This document shows positions 10,587 to 19,881 of a stretch of 64,000 bases of DNA, one piece after another. The position numbers and the translations under genes are program-made. The notes under the pieces were generated by a model that worked only from the letters and a program-made list of their open reading frames with translations, made no database searches and was not told where the DNA came from. Position 1 is the first letter of the stretch, and each line of letters starts with the position of its first letter. The DNA comes from a virus: IMG/VR virus record IMGVR_UViG_3300013137_000010, positions 1 through 64,000 of that record. The stretch is one strand, 5' to 3'.

Positions 10587-10886
10587 ATTAATTTTCTTTA
10601 ATTTATCTTCCCTTAAACAAATTGGATAATTAAGTATTTTGAGATTTTTGTATGAAGATAAATAGCTAATATGCGTAATAAAATTCTCATTCATCCAAGT
10701 TAGAGTTCTATCATTTTTAATGACGATGTAAAAATTTTCATCACCGCTATCAATAATATTTCTATTCTTTTTTACTTCTCCAAAACCATTTTTGACAAGA
10801 TAATAATATTTTAATCTGAAAAGATACCTTTGTAGATCTTCACCATATTCTTTTGAGCATTTTATTATGACATTATGATACTTCAT
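10575..10886 (-). CDS. Hypothetical protein (REDKLKKI C-terminus)
   Basis: 103-aa ORF with a shared C-terminal motif. Confidence 0.7.
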   Translation of the reverse strand: MKYHNVIIKCSKEYGEDLQRYLFRLKYYYLVKNGFGEVKKNRNIIDSGDENFYIVIKNDRTLTWMNENFITHISYLSSYKNLKILNYPICLREDKLKKINKKA

Positions 10887-10994
10887 TTAACTTATTTAAT
10901 TTGTTCTTTCTTTTTAGTTGATCTTCGGAAATCACATTGCTTCTATGATTTTTCAAGTGTTGTTAAAAAGTATAACCTTTTTAACAAAACGATA

Positions 10995-11978
10995 TTAGTG
11001 TCGTAGTTCATTAAGTTCTACAATGTTTTTAAATTCTTCTAAAATTTTTTGTTTATTCTTTGATTCTGATTGATTAATATAATCTACAATCATCTCATTT
11101 AAAGATAATGAATTTGATTTCAATTCTAAAATTTCTTCTTTATCTTTTAAAATTTCATCATCAGAATAGGTGATACTAATAATATCATATTGATTAATTA
11201 TCATTTCTATTTTTAATTTGTTGTCTAACAGAAGTCTTTTATTAATTGTTAGACTTATATGATTATTTTTCAATGTTTCTGGTGATATATTAAAATCAGA
11301 TTCACTACTGATAAATATTTTTTTGAAATTAGGACTCAATTTATTTTGAATAAATTTATCTTTATCTGTATGAGTCTCCAAAACAATAAATCCTTTTTTC
11401 TCATCACTTTCTATGTTGTATGGTGCACCTAAATTTTTTATATTTGAGGTGACACTATTCTTATCATAATAGCCGTTATAACACTTTTTGAATTTTTTGA
11501 GTTTAGAAATAATCAAATCTTTTTTAGGTGAATTAAGATAATCTAAATTGAAAAAACAATAATCAGACTCAAATGTCTCAACATTGTCTAATTTCGTATC
11601 AAAAGGTATCATAGCAAATTTTTGATCAACTAATAATTCTATTTCTTTTGCTTCTCTTATGATCTCAATATTTTTGAAATTTTTAAGTATGTTAAGTCCT
11701 AAATTATCATTTTCACCTTGTATGATATATACCGGAAGTATTTCGGATATTTTTTCAAAAAGATTTTGAATAAATTTCAATATATTAAGATCAATTATTT
11801 TTGTTTTATACAAAAAATTACCTAAATGAACTAATATATCATTCGGTCTAACATTTTGTGTTAAATAAGGAATGAACTCATTATAGAAATAATAATCCAT
11901 ATTTTTTTGCCATTCTTTAGTAGAAAGGTTTTTTGATATACCAAAATTAGTATTACCGATTATGAAGATTTTTGACAT
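10995..11978 (-). CDS. gp47/SbcD/Mre11-like phosphoesterase fold protein, apparently catalytically degenerate
   Basis: gp47-like layout (IFIIGNTNFG, LVHLGNF, IIQGEND, NGYYD, NLGAPY...KGF) with the metal ligands substituted. Confidence 0.7.
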   Translation of the reverse strand: MSKIFIIGNTNFGISKNLSTKEWQKNMDYYFYNEFIPYLTQNVRPNDILVHLGNFLYKTKIIDLNILKFIQNLFEKISEILPVYIIQGENDNLGLNILKNFKNIEIIREAKEIELLVDQKFAMIPFDTKLDNVETFESDYCFFNLDYLNSPKKDLIISKLKKFKKCYNGYYDKNSVTSNIKNLGAPYNIESDEKKGFIVLETHTDKDKFIQNKLSPNFKKIFISSESDFNISPETLKNNHISLTINKRLLLDNKLKIEMIINQYDIISITYSDDEILKDKEEILELKSNSLSLNEMIVDYINQSESKNKQKILEEFKNIVELNELRH

Positions 11979-12017
11979 ATTTTTTTAAATTTTTTTTTCG
12001 ACAATTATTATCAAAAT

Positions 12018-12452
12018 TTACATCGTTTTAATTTCTAGTAATTTTTGAAAATAGTTTTCACTTAAATATTGTTTGCCTTCTAGAATATAGTTTTTATATT
12101 CTTCTGTAGTTTGTAATTCTTCTTTAGTTGTCCAAGAGTCGTTAGCAATATAAACGACACATTCTTTATTATTGATGATGTGATTTTCTCTACGGTAGTG
12201 ATTTGATTTTACACCTTCAAATTTATCTAATAAAAGTAAATCTTTCTCATTAATTTCATAAATAATACCTTCAACTTCAGAAGTATCGTCTTTAATTATA
12301 TTGGCAAAACCAATATCAGGCATTTTTTGTGATTTTTTATTAATGATAAATTTGTATCCTTTGAGAATACCTTTTTCACTTGATAAAAAATTTACACCTC
12401 TTTCAGTTAATCTTTTTGAAGACATATTACTTCCGTATGCAAAGTATTTCAT
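12018..12452 (-). CDS. Gamma-glutamylcyclotransferase (AIG2-like)
   Basis: YFAYGSNM, VEGIIYEI and LDKFEG motifs. Confidence 0.85.
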   Translation of the reverse strand: MKYFAYGSNMSSKRLTERGVNFLSSEKGILKGYKFIINKKSQKMPDIGFANIIKDDTSEVEGIIYEINEKDLLLLDKFEGVKSNHYRRENHIINNKECVVYIANDSWTTKEELQTTEEYKNYILEGKQYLSENYFQKLLEIKTM

Positions 12453-12811
12453 AATCCTATTTTTTGCAATTTTTCTTTTCTAATTTTTTTCAGATAATTT
12501 TTATCTTCGTCTTCATACCATCTAGCGTAGAATTTATCAATTTGATAAATGTAAAATAAATGTGAACTATTTATACTTAGATGATTTAGAGTATCTATTC
12601 TAAGAGTTGCTACTTGTTTATTAATACTTATTAATTTGTCATCTATAATAAAAACTGGTGATTCAACTATTTCAATATTTTTAAGATGTGCGATTTTTTC
12701 TAAAAAATCTAAGTCTATTTTATTTAGATCGGAAATAGATATTTTGTTTTTAGTTGCCTGATTTATAAAATTAAATAGAGTACCACCATTATATTGCGTA
12801 ATCAATGACAT
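12449..12811 (-). CDS. Hypothetical protein (RKEKLQKI C-terminus)
   Basis: 120-aa ORF overlapping the next gene by 4 nt. Confidence 0.7.
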   Translation of the reverse strand: MSLITQYNGGTLFNFINQATKNKISISDLNKIDLDFLEKIAHLKNIEIVESPVFIIDDKLISINKQVATLRIDTLNHLSINSSHLFYIYQIDKFYARWYEDEDKNYLKKIRKEKLQKIGL

Positions 12812-13024
12812 ATTTTTTATTAACCTAGTAGATTACAATAATTTTTGTTATACTGCGCATTTAAGTGTGAAATAATTGAACTGCGGTTCAGGCGGCCGCT
12901 AGTATTTTTATTATTTAGTGATTTGTTTATATCTCTAACGATTTTAATTTTGAGACAATCGTCCATTAGTTTTTATTTTTATATAAAATTTAAACTTAGA
13001 AGTTTTATTTTCATACATGAAACT

Positions 13025-13834
13025 ATGAAATATAAAATTTTTATTGTATCAGGTGGTACGGGTAGAACTGCTAAGCAAGTTCTTAGAGCAGCATTAACTC
13101 AATTTTCAGAACATAAACCAGAAATTATTGTTTTTTCTGATGTAACAGACTTTAATAAAATTAAAAATATCTTAGATGATGCCAAAAAATACAATGCTCC
13201 AATTGTACATACAATTGTTGAAAATGATTTAAGAAATTTTATAGAGGAGCAATGTCAATCTATGAATATTAAATCTATAGATTTGATGGGAAATATGATA
13301 AATAAATTATCAGACCTATTTAATGAAGAACCACTTGAGGCACCAGGATTATTTAATAAAATAAATCATGAATATTTTCAGAGAATAGATGCAGCCCAAT
13401 TTGCATTTAAACATGATGATGGTGCAAGAGTCGAAGAAGCAGAATCCGCTGAAATAGTTTTGTTGGGTGTATCAAGAACTTTTAAAACGCCATTGAGCGT
13501 TTATTTAGCATCTAAAGGTTATTTTGTTATCAATATTCCAATTGTAGAAGGTATTCAACCACCAGAAATTTTAAATAAAATTAATCCTAATAGAATTTTT
13601 TGTTTAAATACAAATGCTGTTAAGTTATCAGAGTTAAGACAATCTAGAAATGAGAAGTTTGGTGGTTATGCTAATAATTACATAGATGTTGACGCAGTGA
13701 AGAAGGAATTGCAATTTGCAATGAGATATTATACGATGCATCCCGAGTGGAAGATTATTAATGTAACAGGTAAATCAATAGAAGAAATTGCAACTGAAGT
13801 TTTAGATGATTTGTCTAAAAATGGTCTTCTCTAA
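13025..13834 (+). CDS. ppsR: Pyruvate,water/phosphate dikinase regulatory kinase/pyrophosphorylase (DUF299)
   Basis: IVSGGTGRTA, YFQRIDAAQFAFKHDDG, LLGVSRTFKTPLSVYLA and KSIEEIA. Start set at ATG 13025. Confidence 0.9.
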   Translation: MKYKIFIVSGGTGRTAKQVLRAALTQFSEHKPEIIVFSDVTDFNKIKNILDDAKKYNAPIVHTIVENDLRNFIEEQCQSMNIKSIDLMGNMINKLSDLFNEEPLEAPGLFNKINHEYFQRIDAAQFAFKHDDGARVEEAESAEIVLLGVSRTFKTPLSVYLASKGYFVINIPIVEGIQPPEILNKINPNRIFCLNTNAVKLSELRQSRNEKFGGYANNYIDVDAVKKELQFAMRYYTMHPEWKIINVTGKSIEEIATEVLDDLSKNGLL

Positions 13835-13835
13835 G

Positions 13836-14084
13836 TCATAAAATTCCTTCGTTTTTTGCTTCTTCTTTAGCAATTCTTTGTCTTTCTTCAATTTCTTTTC
13901 TATATGCAAGTGCATCTCTTTTTAATTGCTTAGAAGCTTGAATGACATACTCTAAATTTTGTCGCAATCTAATAGATGCGACTTTATAGTTCTTTTTATA
14001 TAGATTATAATAGTCTCTTCTGCAATAGTTCAATCTATCAATAATGTCTTCAATAGGATTATTTTCATCTGAATACTCTTCCAT
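13836..14084 (-). CDS. Small basic helical protein, histone H1-like Hc1 family candidate
   Basis: KNYKVASIRLRQNL...SKQLKR resembles the NKAAxxRxRK pattern of Hc1-like proteins. Confidence 0.45.
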   Translation of the reverse strand: MEEYSDENNPIEDIIDRLNYCRRDYYNLYKKNYKVASIRLRQNLEYVIQASKQLKRDALAYRKEIEERQRIAKEEAKNEGIL

Positions 14085-14098
14085 AATTTCTATTTATT

Positions 14099-15154
14099 TT
14101 ATATAATTTTGTTAATTTGATTTATTTCTTCTAGATTAGGAAAAATAAATCCTTTTAAATTTTTTGCACTGATAGCAACGTCATAATTTCTATTTAATTC
14201 ATTTAGTAATATTTTTATTTCATTAGGTATGAATAATTTATTATCTATAATGTTTTTTGCGTGATCAAAATTAAATTCTACTTTTGATGTTATCAAGTCT
14301 CGAAGATGGAAATAATTTTTATCTTTTAACTTTAGTAGATTTTCTATAATACCGTGTATTCTTTCATCTAATGAATCATAGTTATCAAAAGAATAATCAA
14401 AAATTTCATCATATAATTGAAAACCATATTCTACCAATAATTGATGTATATTTCTAGCACCTAATATTAGAAAAGGTTGTTTTAATAATATTGATACAAA
14501 CGTTTTTTCAGTTAGAAATAACGCTGATATACTAGTTTCTGATATAATATTTACTAAAACTTTTTTATATTCTAAGGGAGTTTCATATTGTTCAAGATGC
14601 TCTTTAATTATTTCTTTGTCTAAATTTATAATTTTTTGTTCCCAGCAATTCCATTTATAACTATTATTTATTTTCAACCAAGAAATATATCCATATTTCA
14701 AAAGATTATTTTCACATAAACTATCTATTAACATCGCTCTGTGATATCTATCATTATTATTAAGTGATATATAAAGTTTATCTATATTATAATTAGAGTT
14801 AGGATTAAAATTTTTACTATCTGACAAATGTGAATATGTTTTATATAACCAAAATAATGGAAAAAAGAATCTTCTACATTTTATTCTACTCGAAAAGTCG
14901 TTCAGATAAAAATTTGTTTTAGTTGAGCCAAAGATAAATATGAAATCAATTTCATATTTATCAATTAGAATGTTAAGTTCTTCAATAAGATCTGGATAAT
15001 CGGAAGGATATTCACATTCTTCCATATCGCTAAAAAGAATTCTATTTGGCTTTTGTTCTTCTATATCTCTAATGATATAAGGTAAGCCTGGAAATATATT
15101 TGACCAGGTATAATAGTATAATGTTCTTATTATTTTATCATGTATTTGATTCAT
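14099..15154 (-). CDS. Putative glycosyltransferase-like phage protein
   Basis: NIISET...FLTEKTF...QPFLILG...GFQLYDEIFDYSFD motif, common in T4-like phage glycan islands. Confidence 0.55.
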   Translation of the reverse strand: MNQIHDKIIRTLYYYTWSNIFPGLPYIIRDIEEQKPNRILFSDMEECEYPSDYPDLIEELNILIDKYEIDFIFIFGSTKTNFYLNDFSSRIKCRRFFFPLFWLYKTYSHLSDSKNFNPNSNYNIDKLYISLNNNDRYHRAMLIDSLCENNLLKYGYISWLKINNSYKWNCWEQKIINLDKEIIKEHLEQYETPLEYKKVLVNIISETSISALFLTEKTFVSILLKQPFLILGARNIHQLLVEYGFQLYDEIFDYSFDNYDSLDERIHGIIENLLKLKDKNYFHLRDLITSKVEFNFDHAKNIIDNKLFIPNEIKILLNELNRNYDVAISAKNLKGFIFPNLEEINQINKII

Positions 15155-16109
15155 ATTCCTTTAGAAGTTTCATTTTATCGATTGGAACTACTCCTACCTC
15201 TTCACATACAATTCCACCAGCTATATTTGCGATTTTTGCTATTTCTTCAATATGTATATCATTAATAAGCATTGATATCACAGAAATAACTGTATCACCC
15301 GCTCCTGATACATCTACAACGTCTCTAACAATACCCGGAACCATTTTATATATTATATCTTCATTTTCTTTGTAAGATAAGAATATACCATTTTCTGAAA
15401 GAGTCACAAATACTATATCTATATTTTTATCATGTAAAATTTTAGAACCAGCAACAAGATACTCTTCCTTACTAATACCATTATTTATAGAAATACTTTC
15501 TTTGAATTCCTTGTAATTTGGTTTGAATAGAGTTATATTATTGTAATTAGTAAAATTTCTTTTTTTAGGATCCACTAATATAGGGATATTTAGTTTTTTA
15601 GATTTTTTAGTTACTATATCTATTATTTCTTCATTTATGATACCCTTATCATAATCTTGAAATAAAACACACTCAATTCTTTCTTCATCAAAAATTGTAT
15701 TAATAGTATTAATAAAAAACTCCTGTTCTGCACCGAGATTTGTTTTAACCTCTTCATCCACTCTTAACATTTGATGATTATTACCAATTATTCTTATTTT
15801 ATTAGTGGTTATTCTATTTTTTGATTGAAATATATATTTTGTTGAGATATTTGAACTTTTCAATAATGACAATAAGATTTCACCATTACTATCATTACCT
15901 ATTACAGAACATAATATAGGAGTACCTCCTAAATTTTTTATATTGGTTGCAACATTTGCTGAGCCACCTAATTTATTTTTTTTATTTAAAATATCAACGA
16001 CTGGTACTGGAGCCTCAGGTGATATTCTTTCAACATTTCCAAAAAAATAAGAATCTAGCATAACATCACCTATGATAAGTATTTGTTTATCTCTAAAAAG
16101 TTTCATCAA
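15138..16109 (-). CDS. rfaE1: D-glycero-beta-D-manno-heptose-7-phosphate kinase (HldE/RfaE domain I)
   Basis: IGDVMLD, RISPEAPVPV, GGSANVA, QDYDKG, VDPK and DVSGAGDTV. Confidence 0.92.
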   Translation of the reverse strand: MMKLFRDKQILIIGDVMLDSYFFGNVERISPEAPVPVVDILNKKNKLGGSANVATNIKNLGGTPILCSVIGNDSNGEILLSLLKSSNISTKYIFQSKNRITTNKIRIIGNNHQMLRVDEEVKTNLGAEQEFFINTINTIFDEERIECVLFQDYDKGIINEEIIDIVTKKSKKLNIPILVDPKKRNFTNYNNITLFKPNYKEFKESISINNGISKEEYLVAGSKILHDKNIDIVFVTLSENGIFLSYKENEDIIYKMVPGIVRDVVDVSGAGDTVISVISMLINDIHIEEIAKIANIAGGIVCEEVGVVPIDKMKLLKEYESNT

Positions 16110-16176
16110 TAAAGTTAATTATTTTATCTTTTTATATAATAAACTGAGAAAAAAGTTTTTCTGAAACTAATAATAA

Positions 16177-18315
16177 TTAAGCACAACCATTTGATTGATC
16201 TCTAGCAGATTTCATAGATAACTTTATATCATCATCAGATGTTCCGACCTTTTGATTATATCTAGATTTACCAGTTTGTGGATCAGCAATAGACGCCCAT
16301 TCTTTTGCTAAACCTGTCTGAAAATCTTGATCAGATACTGCAGGCTCACCATTTTTATTTTTAGATCCGGATATCCACTTATTAAATCCTCTGCGATCTA
16401 ATAATTTTGTACCTAGCATATCCTGAATCTCAGGAGAAAAAATAGTATCATCACTTAATCCACATGCTGCTTGAATTTCAGGAAGTGTTTTTGATATAAT
16501 CTGATATTTACCCATTGCAGTTGACATAGAATTGTTAGTCTTCATTATTTCTTGAACCTGTTTTATTTCACCTATTGTTAGATTTGTAATAGGATCTGTT
16601 GGCTTACCATTTATTGTGTCAGGCATACCATTTTTACCATAATTGAAAGTAACATCATATCCACTTTCGTAACCTTTTGCAATTGCTTTGGCATCATCTG
16701 TACCTTCACCTTTAGCGATTCTATCTAATATTGACTTAGCTGCTACTTGTGTACATTCATTAGTATTTGTTTTTGCTGATGTCTCTGCTTTTGCGGCATC
16801 AGCTTTCGCTGCTGCATCTTCTTCTTTTTTAGAAGATGCTGGTTCTCTCTCATCACTTTGGCCATTTGAATTATTCTTAATCTTTTCAGCATCTGTTCGA
16901 TTAAATTTATCCATACCCTTACAAGGATCATTAATTGAACTTGAATTAGATGCAACATCAGAATTTATTAAATAGTCTTGACCGTTTAATTGTTGATTTC
17001 CAGTCAAGTTTTGCTCTGGAACTATACTTGGACCTAGATTAACGTATCCATCTATAACATCACCTCTATCTAATTTTTGTCTAAGTTCTGCTGTAGTATG
17101 ACCAAATCCCATATCAAAATGCCATCTTTCACTTCTAGGTGATCTAAAATGTTTACCCCATCTAAAACCTAAGGATTCGCCAATTTTTCCAACTGTGTCC
17201 CAGTCATTAGAATTAACTAGCTTAATATCTATTGCTAATCCGTAATTGTGATAACTAAATCCAGGTTTAGCAGCGTTTCCAGTACTTTGTAAAGCTTGTT
17301 GTGACTCTATAGATCTAATACCACTAGTAACTTCTATTTTTATACCAGCAGATTTACACTTATTTACAAAAGCTGCGGCATATTGCTTCATATTAGGATG
17401 TAATCCTTCTATTTTATTTTTAGTTTGCCTACCTGGCCAGATATAATTTATAATTTTTGGATCACTATTTACACCATTTAATGGTACTATATCACTAGCT
17501 GCGGCATTCTTTAATTGGTTGCAAGCCTTTTCGTTTTGTGATTGTATAGCATTTATTAAAGCGTTTCTATGTTCTGCTAATTCCTCTTCTGGTACAACTA
17601 AATCTATATCATTTTTATTATTAACTATACCTGGATCTCTACTAAGTTTTTTTACCTCACCATTATCTACTACTTTTACATTATTTGAAACAAAATCAGG
17701 TCTTAATAATTGATATTCTTGACATAATGCGTCCAACATAGGCTTAAGAACAGGTGCACCAAGATTTCCTATAAATGCTGATGGATTCATCACCTCTTTT
17801 ATAAATTTATCCATCCATTCAAAAAATCTGGTTCCTAAAACAGCATCTTGATCTGCACCTCTTGAGCCCAGATTTAAAATTTGTTGATTGTCTTTCAATT
17901 CTAAATTAATAGAAGTATTATTAATTGTCATTTTGTTAAGAAGTTGATCAACAGTAAGTTCTTTTCCTTTAACAAATATATTAGTGGATTCATCAAATAT
18001 TAATGCTGAAAAATCAACATACTCATCATCACTTAAACTTTTAAGTTTTCTTTGTAAGTTTTCATTATAATTTTCAGAATAAATATAATAAGGAGAATAT
18101 AGATCATCGGATAAGAATAATACGTTAACCAACTTTCCAATAGCTGGAACCTGAAATTCTTTTCCAGCTAAACTTGTAAATGGATACGCATATGGTATAT
18201 CTTCAACTGGTATATTATGATAAAGAGTTTGAACTCTAACTTTTATTCTACCTTTTCTGTTTGGATCCTTATTATCTTCAACAATGCCTACATAAAAATC
18301 TCTTTGAAGTTCCAT
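16177..18315 (-). CDS. gp5/VgrG-like baseplate hub with M15 peptidase and lysozyme-like domains
   Basis: N-terminal GIVEDNKDPNRKGRIKVRV OB-fold; TSGIRS...SYHNYGLAID...ERWHF (M15); STAMGKYQI...LAKEWASI (lambda-type lysozyme). Confidence 0.85.
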   Translation of the reverse strand: MELQRDFYVGIVEDNKDPNRKGRIKVRVQTLYHNIPVEDIPYAYPFTSLAGKEFQVPAIGKLVNVLFLSDDLYSPYYIYSENYNENLQRKLKSLSDDEYVDFSALIFDESTNIFVKGKELTVDQLLNKMTINNTSINLELKDNQQILNLGSRGADQDAVLGTRFFEWMDKFIKEVMNPSAFIGNLGAPVLKPMLDALCQEYQLLRPDFVSNNVKVVDNGEVKKLSRDPGIVNNKNDIDLVVPEEELAEHRNALINAIQSQNEKACNQLKNAAASDIVPLNGVNSDPKIINYIWPGRQTKNKIEGLHPNMKQYAAAFVNKCKSAGIKIEVTSGIRSIESQQALQSTGNAAKPGFSYHNYGLAIDIKLVNSNDWDTVGKIGESLGFRWGKHFRSPRSERWHFDMGFGHTTAELRQKLDRGDVIDGYVNLGPSIVPEQNLTGNQQLNGQDYLINSDVASNSSSINDPCKGMDKFNRTDAEKIKNNSNGQSDEREPASSKKEEDAAAKADAAKAETSAKTNTNECTQVAAKSILDRIAKGEGTDDAKAIAKGYESGYDVTFNYGKNGMPDTINGKPTDPITNLTIGEIKQVQEIMKTNNSMSTAMGKYQIISKTLPEIQAACGLSDDTIFSPEIQDMLGTKLLDRRGFNKWISGSKNKNGEPAVSDQDFQTGLAKEWASIADPQTGKSRYNQKVGTSDDDIKLSMKSARDQSNGCA

Positions 18316-18331
18316 TAATTTATTTTAATTT

Positions 18332-19873
18332 TTAAAAATTGAGAGTTCTTCTTGTACCTTCTTCTAATTCATTTAATAATGTCGAACCAAGACCTTTCGC
18401 AGCATTTTTAACACTAGCCCTATTATTAAAATCTGGCTTATATACGTTATCTGGTTCTATTTTATTTATATTAGTAGTATTTCTAAATTGTTGTAAAAGA
18501 CCATTAACCGCGCTACCTCTCACTTCTCTTAATTTAGTTTCTAAATTGTCCATATAATTTGCAGCAGCACTAACCACTGTTTGAGAACCCTTACTTAGTA
18601 ATTGATTAAGAAATCCTTTTTCTTCTGGTGATTTTTCTGCATTAATTCTGGCTAAATCATTTTCATATTTAGGTAAACCTTGTGTATCTTTAGATATAAT
18701 ATCTATTGTGTTCGGTGTAATTATGAAACTATCCCGTATCAAAGGATTTTTATTTGATCTAGTTACAGATTTATAATAGATATCAAAGGATAAACTTTGG
18801 GCATTAAATGGTGATGAAGAAGTGTAACCTCCTATCTCAATTTCATCTCCGTAATTTCTACTCTCAAAGAAATTAAAAGTACAATCATGTAAAGTATATA
18901 ATATATATGATTCTGGTGAGATGACATTTTTAACATTTTTGACATTAATCTTATCTTTATTATCAAATACATTTGGTGCTGGTGGATTACTACCTTCAGG
19001 TATTTGAAATTTTCTAATATCATTTATTTTAATAGTCATATTGAATCTAATTACATTTTCAGGAAACGCATATCTTTGATTTTTATAACTATAAACTAGA
19101 TTATTATATAATTCTGAAATATAGTAAGCAAACATAGAAACATCTTCGTTTAGGGTTATTGTTATTTTATCTTCACCATATTTTATCATTTTCTTATTTA
19201 GATTATTAAGTCCTCCTATTTTACTAATATAATACGATTTTATATTTTTGTCTCTAGTGTGTTCTTTTTCAAAAATTTTAAAAAATACTTTTTTAAACTC
19301 TCTCCACAAGTTAAATCTAGCTAGATAACCATTTGTGTCTATCGATCTATAATCAAAAATGAAACTTTTTAGACTATTTTGTTTAGGTGTTTCAGAAACG
19401 GTATCATCACCAACGAATAATGGTGAATCCTCATCAAAGAATAACTCAAATGATGGATAAAAGGGGTCTTCGTACCAATAATCAGTCTGTCTATATCCGC
19501 CCAATTCTGGATTAGAATATAAACCTCTTTTAAACACATCTGTATCCCTATCATATTGTCGTTGAATTATTTTACCATCTGTTTTTTTATCACCCGAATA
19601 CCAAAATTCTTCCTTCTTAGCATCTGATGTATGATAAGGATCATATTTGTCTAGTTGCTTATTCTCTATACCCATTGCTCTTCTAAAAAGATCCAAACTC
19701 ATATTGGGATCTATTTTATTTGCTAAGGCTTCAATAGCACTTTGTTCAGCATAACCTCTGACATATTTTGCAATATTTTGATTTTTCTTTTTAATAACTT
19801 TTGAAAAATCACCGGTTGTGAGTGCATCGGCTAGTTGATTGGTGTCTATAATATTTCTAAAACTTGCTGGCAT
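18332..19873 (-). CDS. Hypothetical virion (tail/baseplate region) protein
   Basis: 513-aa ORF in the baseplate operon. Confidence 0.6.
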   Translation of the reverse strand: MPASFRNIIDTNQLADALTTGDFSKVIKKKNQNIAKYVRGYAEQSAIEALANKIDPNMSLDLFRRAMGIENKQLDKYDPYHTSDAKKEEFWYSGDKKTDGKIIQRQYDRDTDVFKRGLYSNPELGGYRQTDYWYEDPFYPSFELFFDEDSPLFVGDDTVSETPKQNSLKSFIFDYRSIDTNGYLARFNLWREFKKVFFKIFEKEHTRDKNIKSYYISKIGGLNNLNKKMIKYGEDKITITLNEDVSMFAYYISELYNNLVYSYKNQRYAFPENVIRFNMTIKINDIRKFQIPEGSNPPAPNVFDNKDKINVKNVKNVISPESYILYTLHDCTFNFFESRNYGDEIEIGGYTSSSPFNAQSLSFDIYYKSVTRSNKNPLIRDSFIITPNTIDIISKDTQGLPKYENDLARINAEKSPEEKGFLNQLLSKGSQTVVSAAANYMDNLETKLREVRGSAVNGLLQQFRNTTNINKIEPDNVYKPDFNNRASVKNAAKGLGSTLLNELEEGTRRTLNF

Positions 19874-19881
19874 ATTTTATA

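Noticed and set aside
12876-12903. GC-rich patch tgaactgcggttcaggcggccgc upstream of the DUF299 gene
   Set aside because: Only a small hairpin and an 8-bp palindrome; no recognisable riboswitch or repeat.
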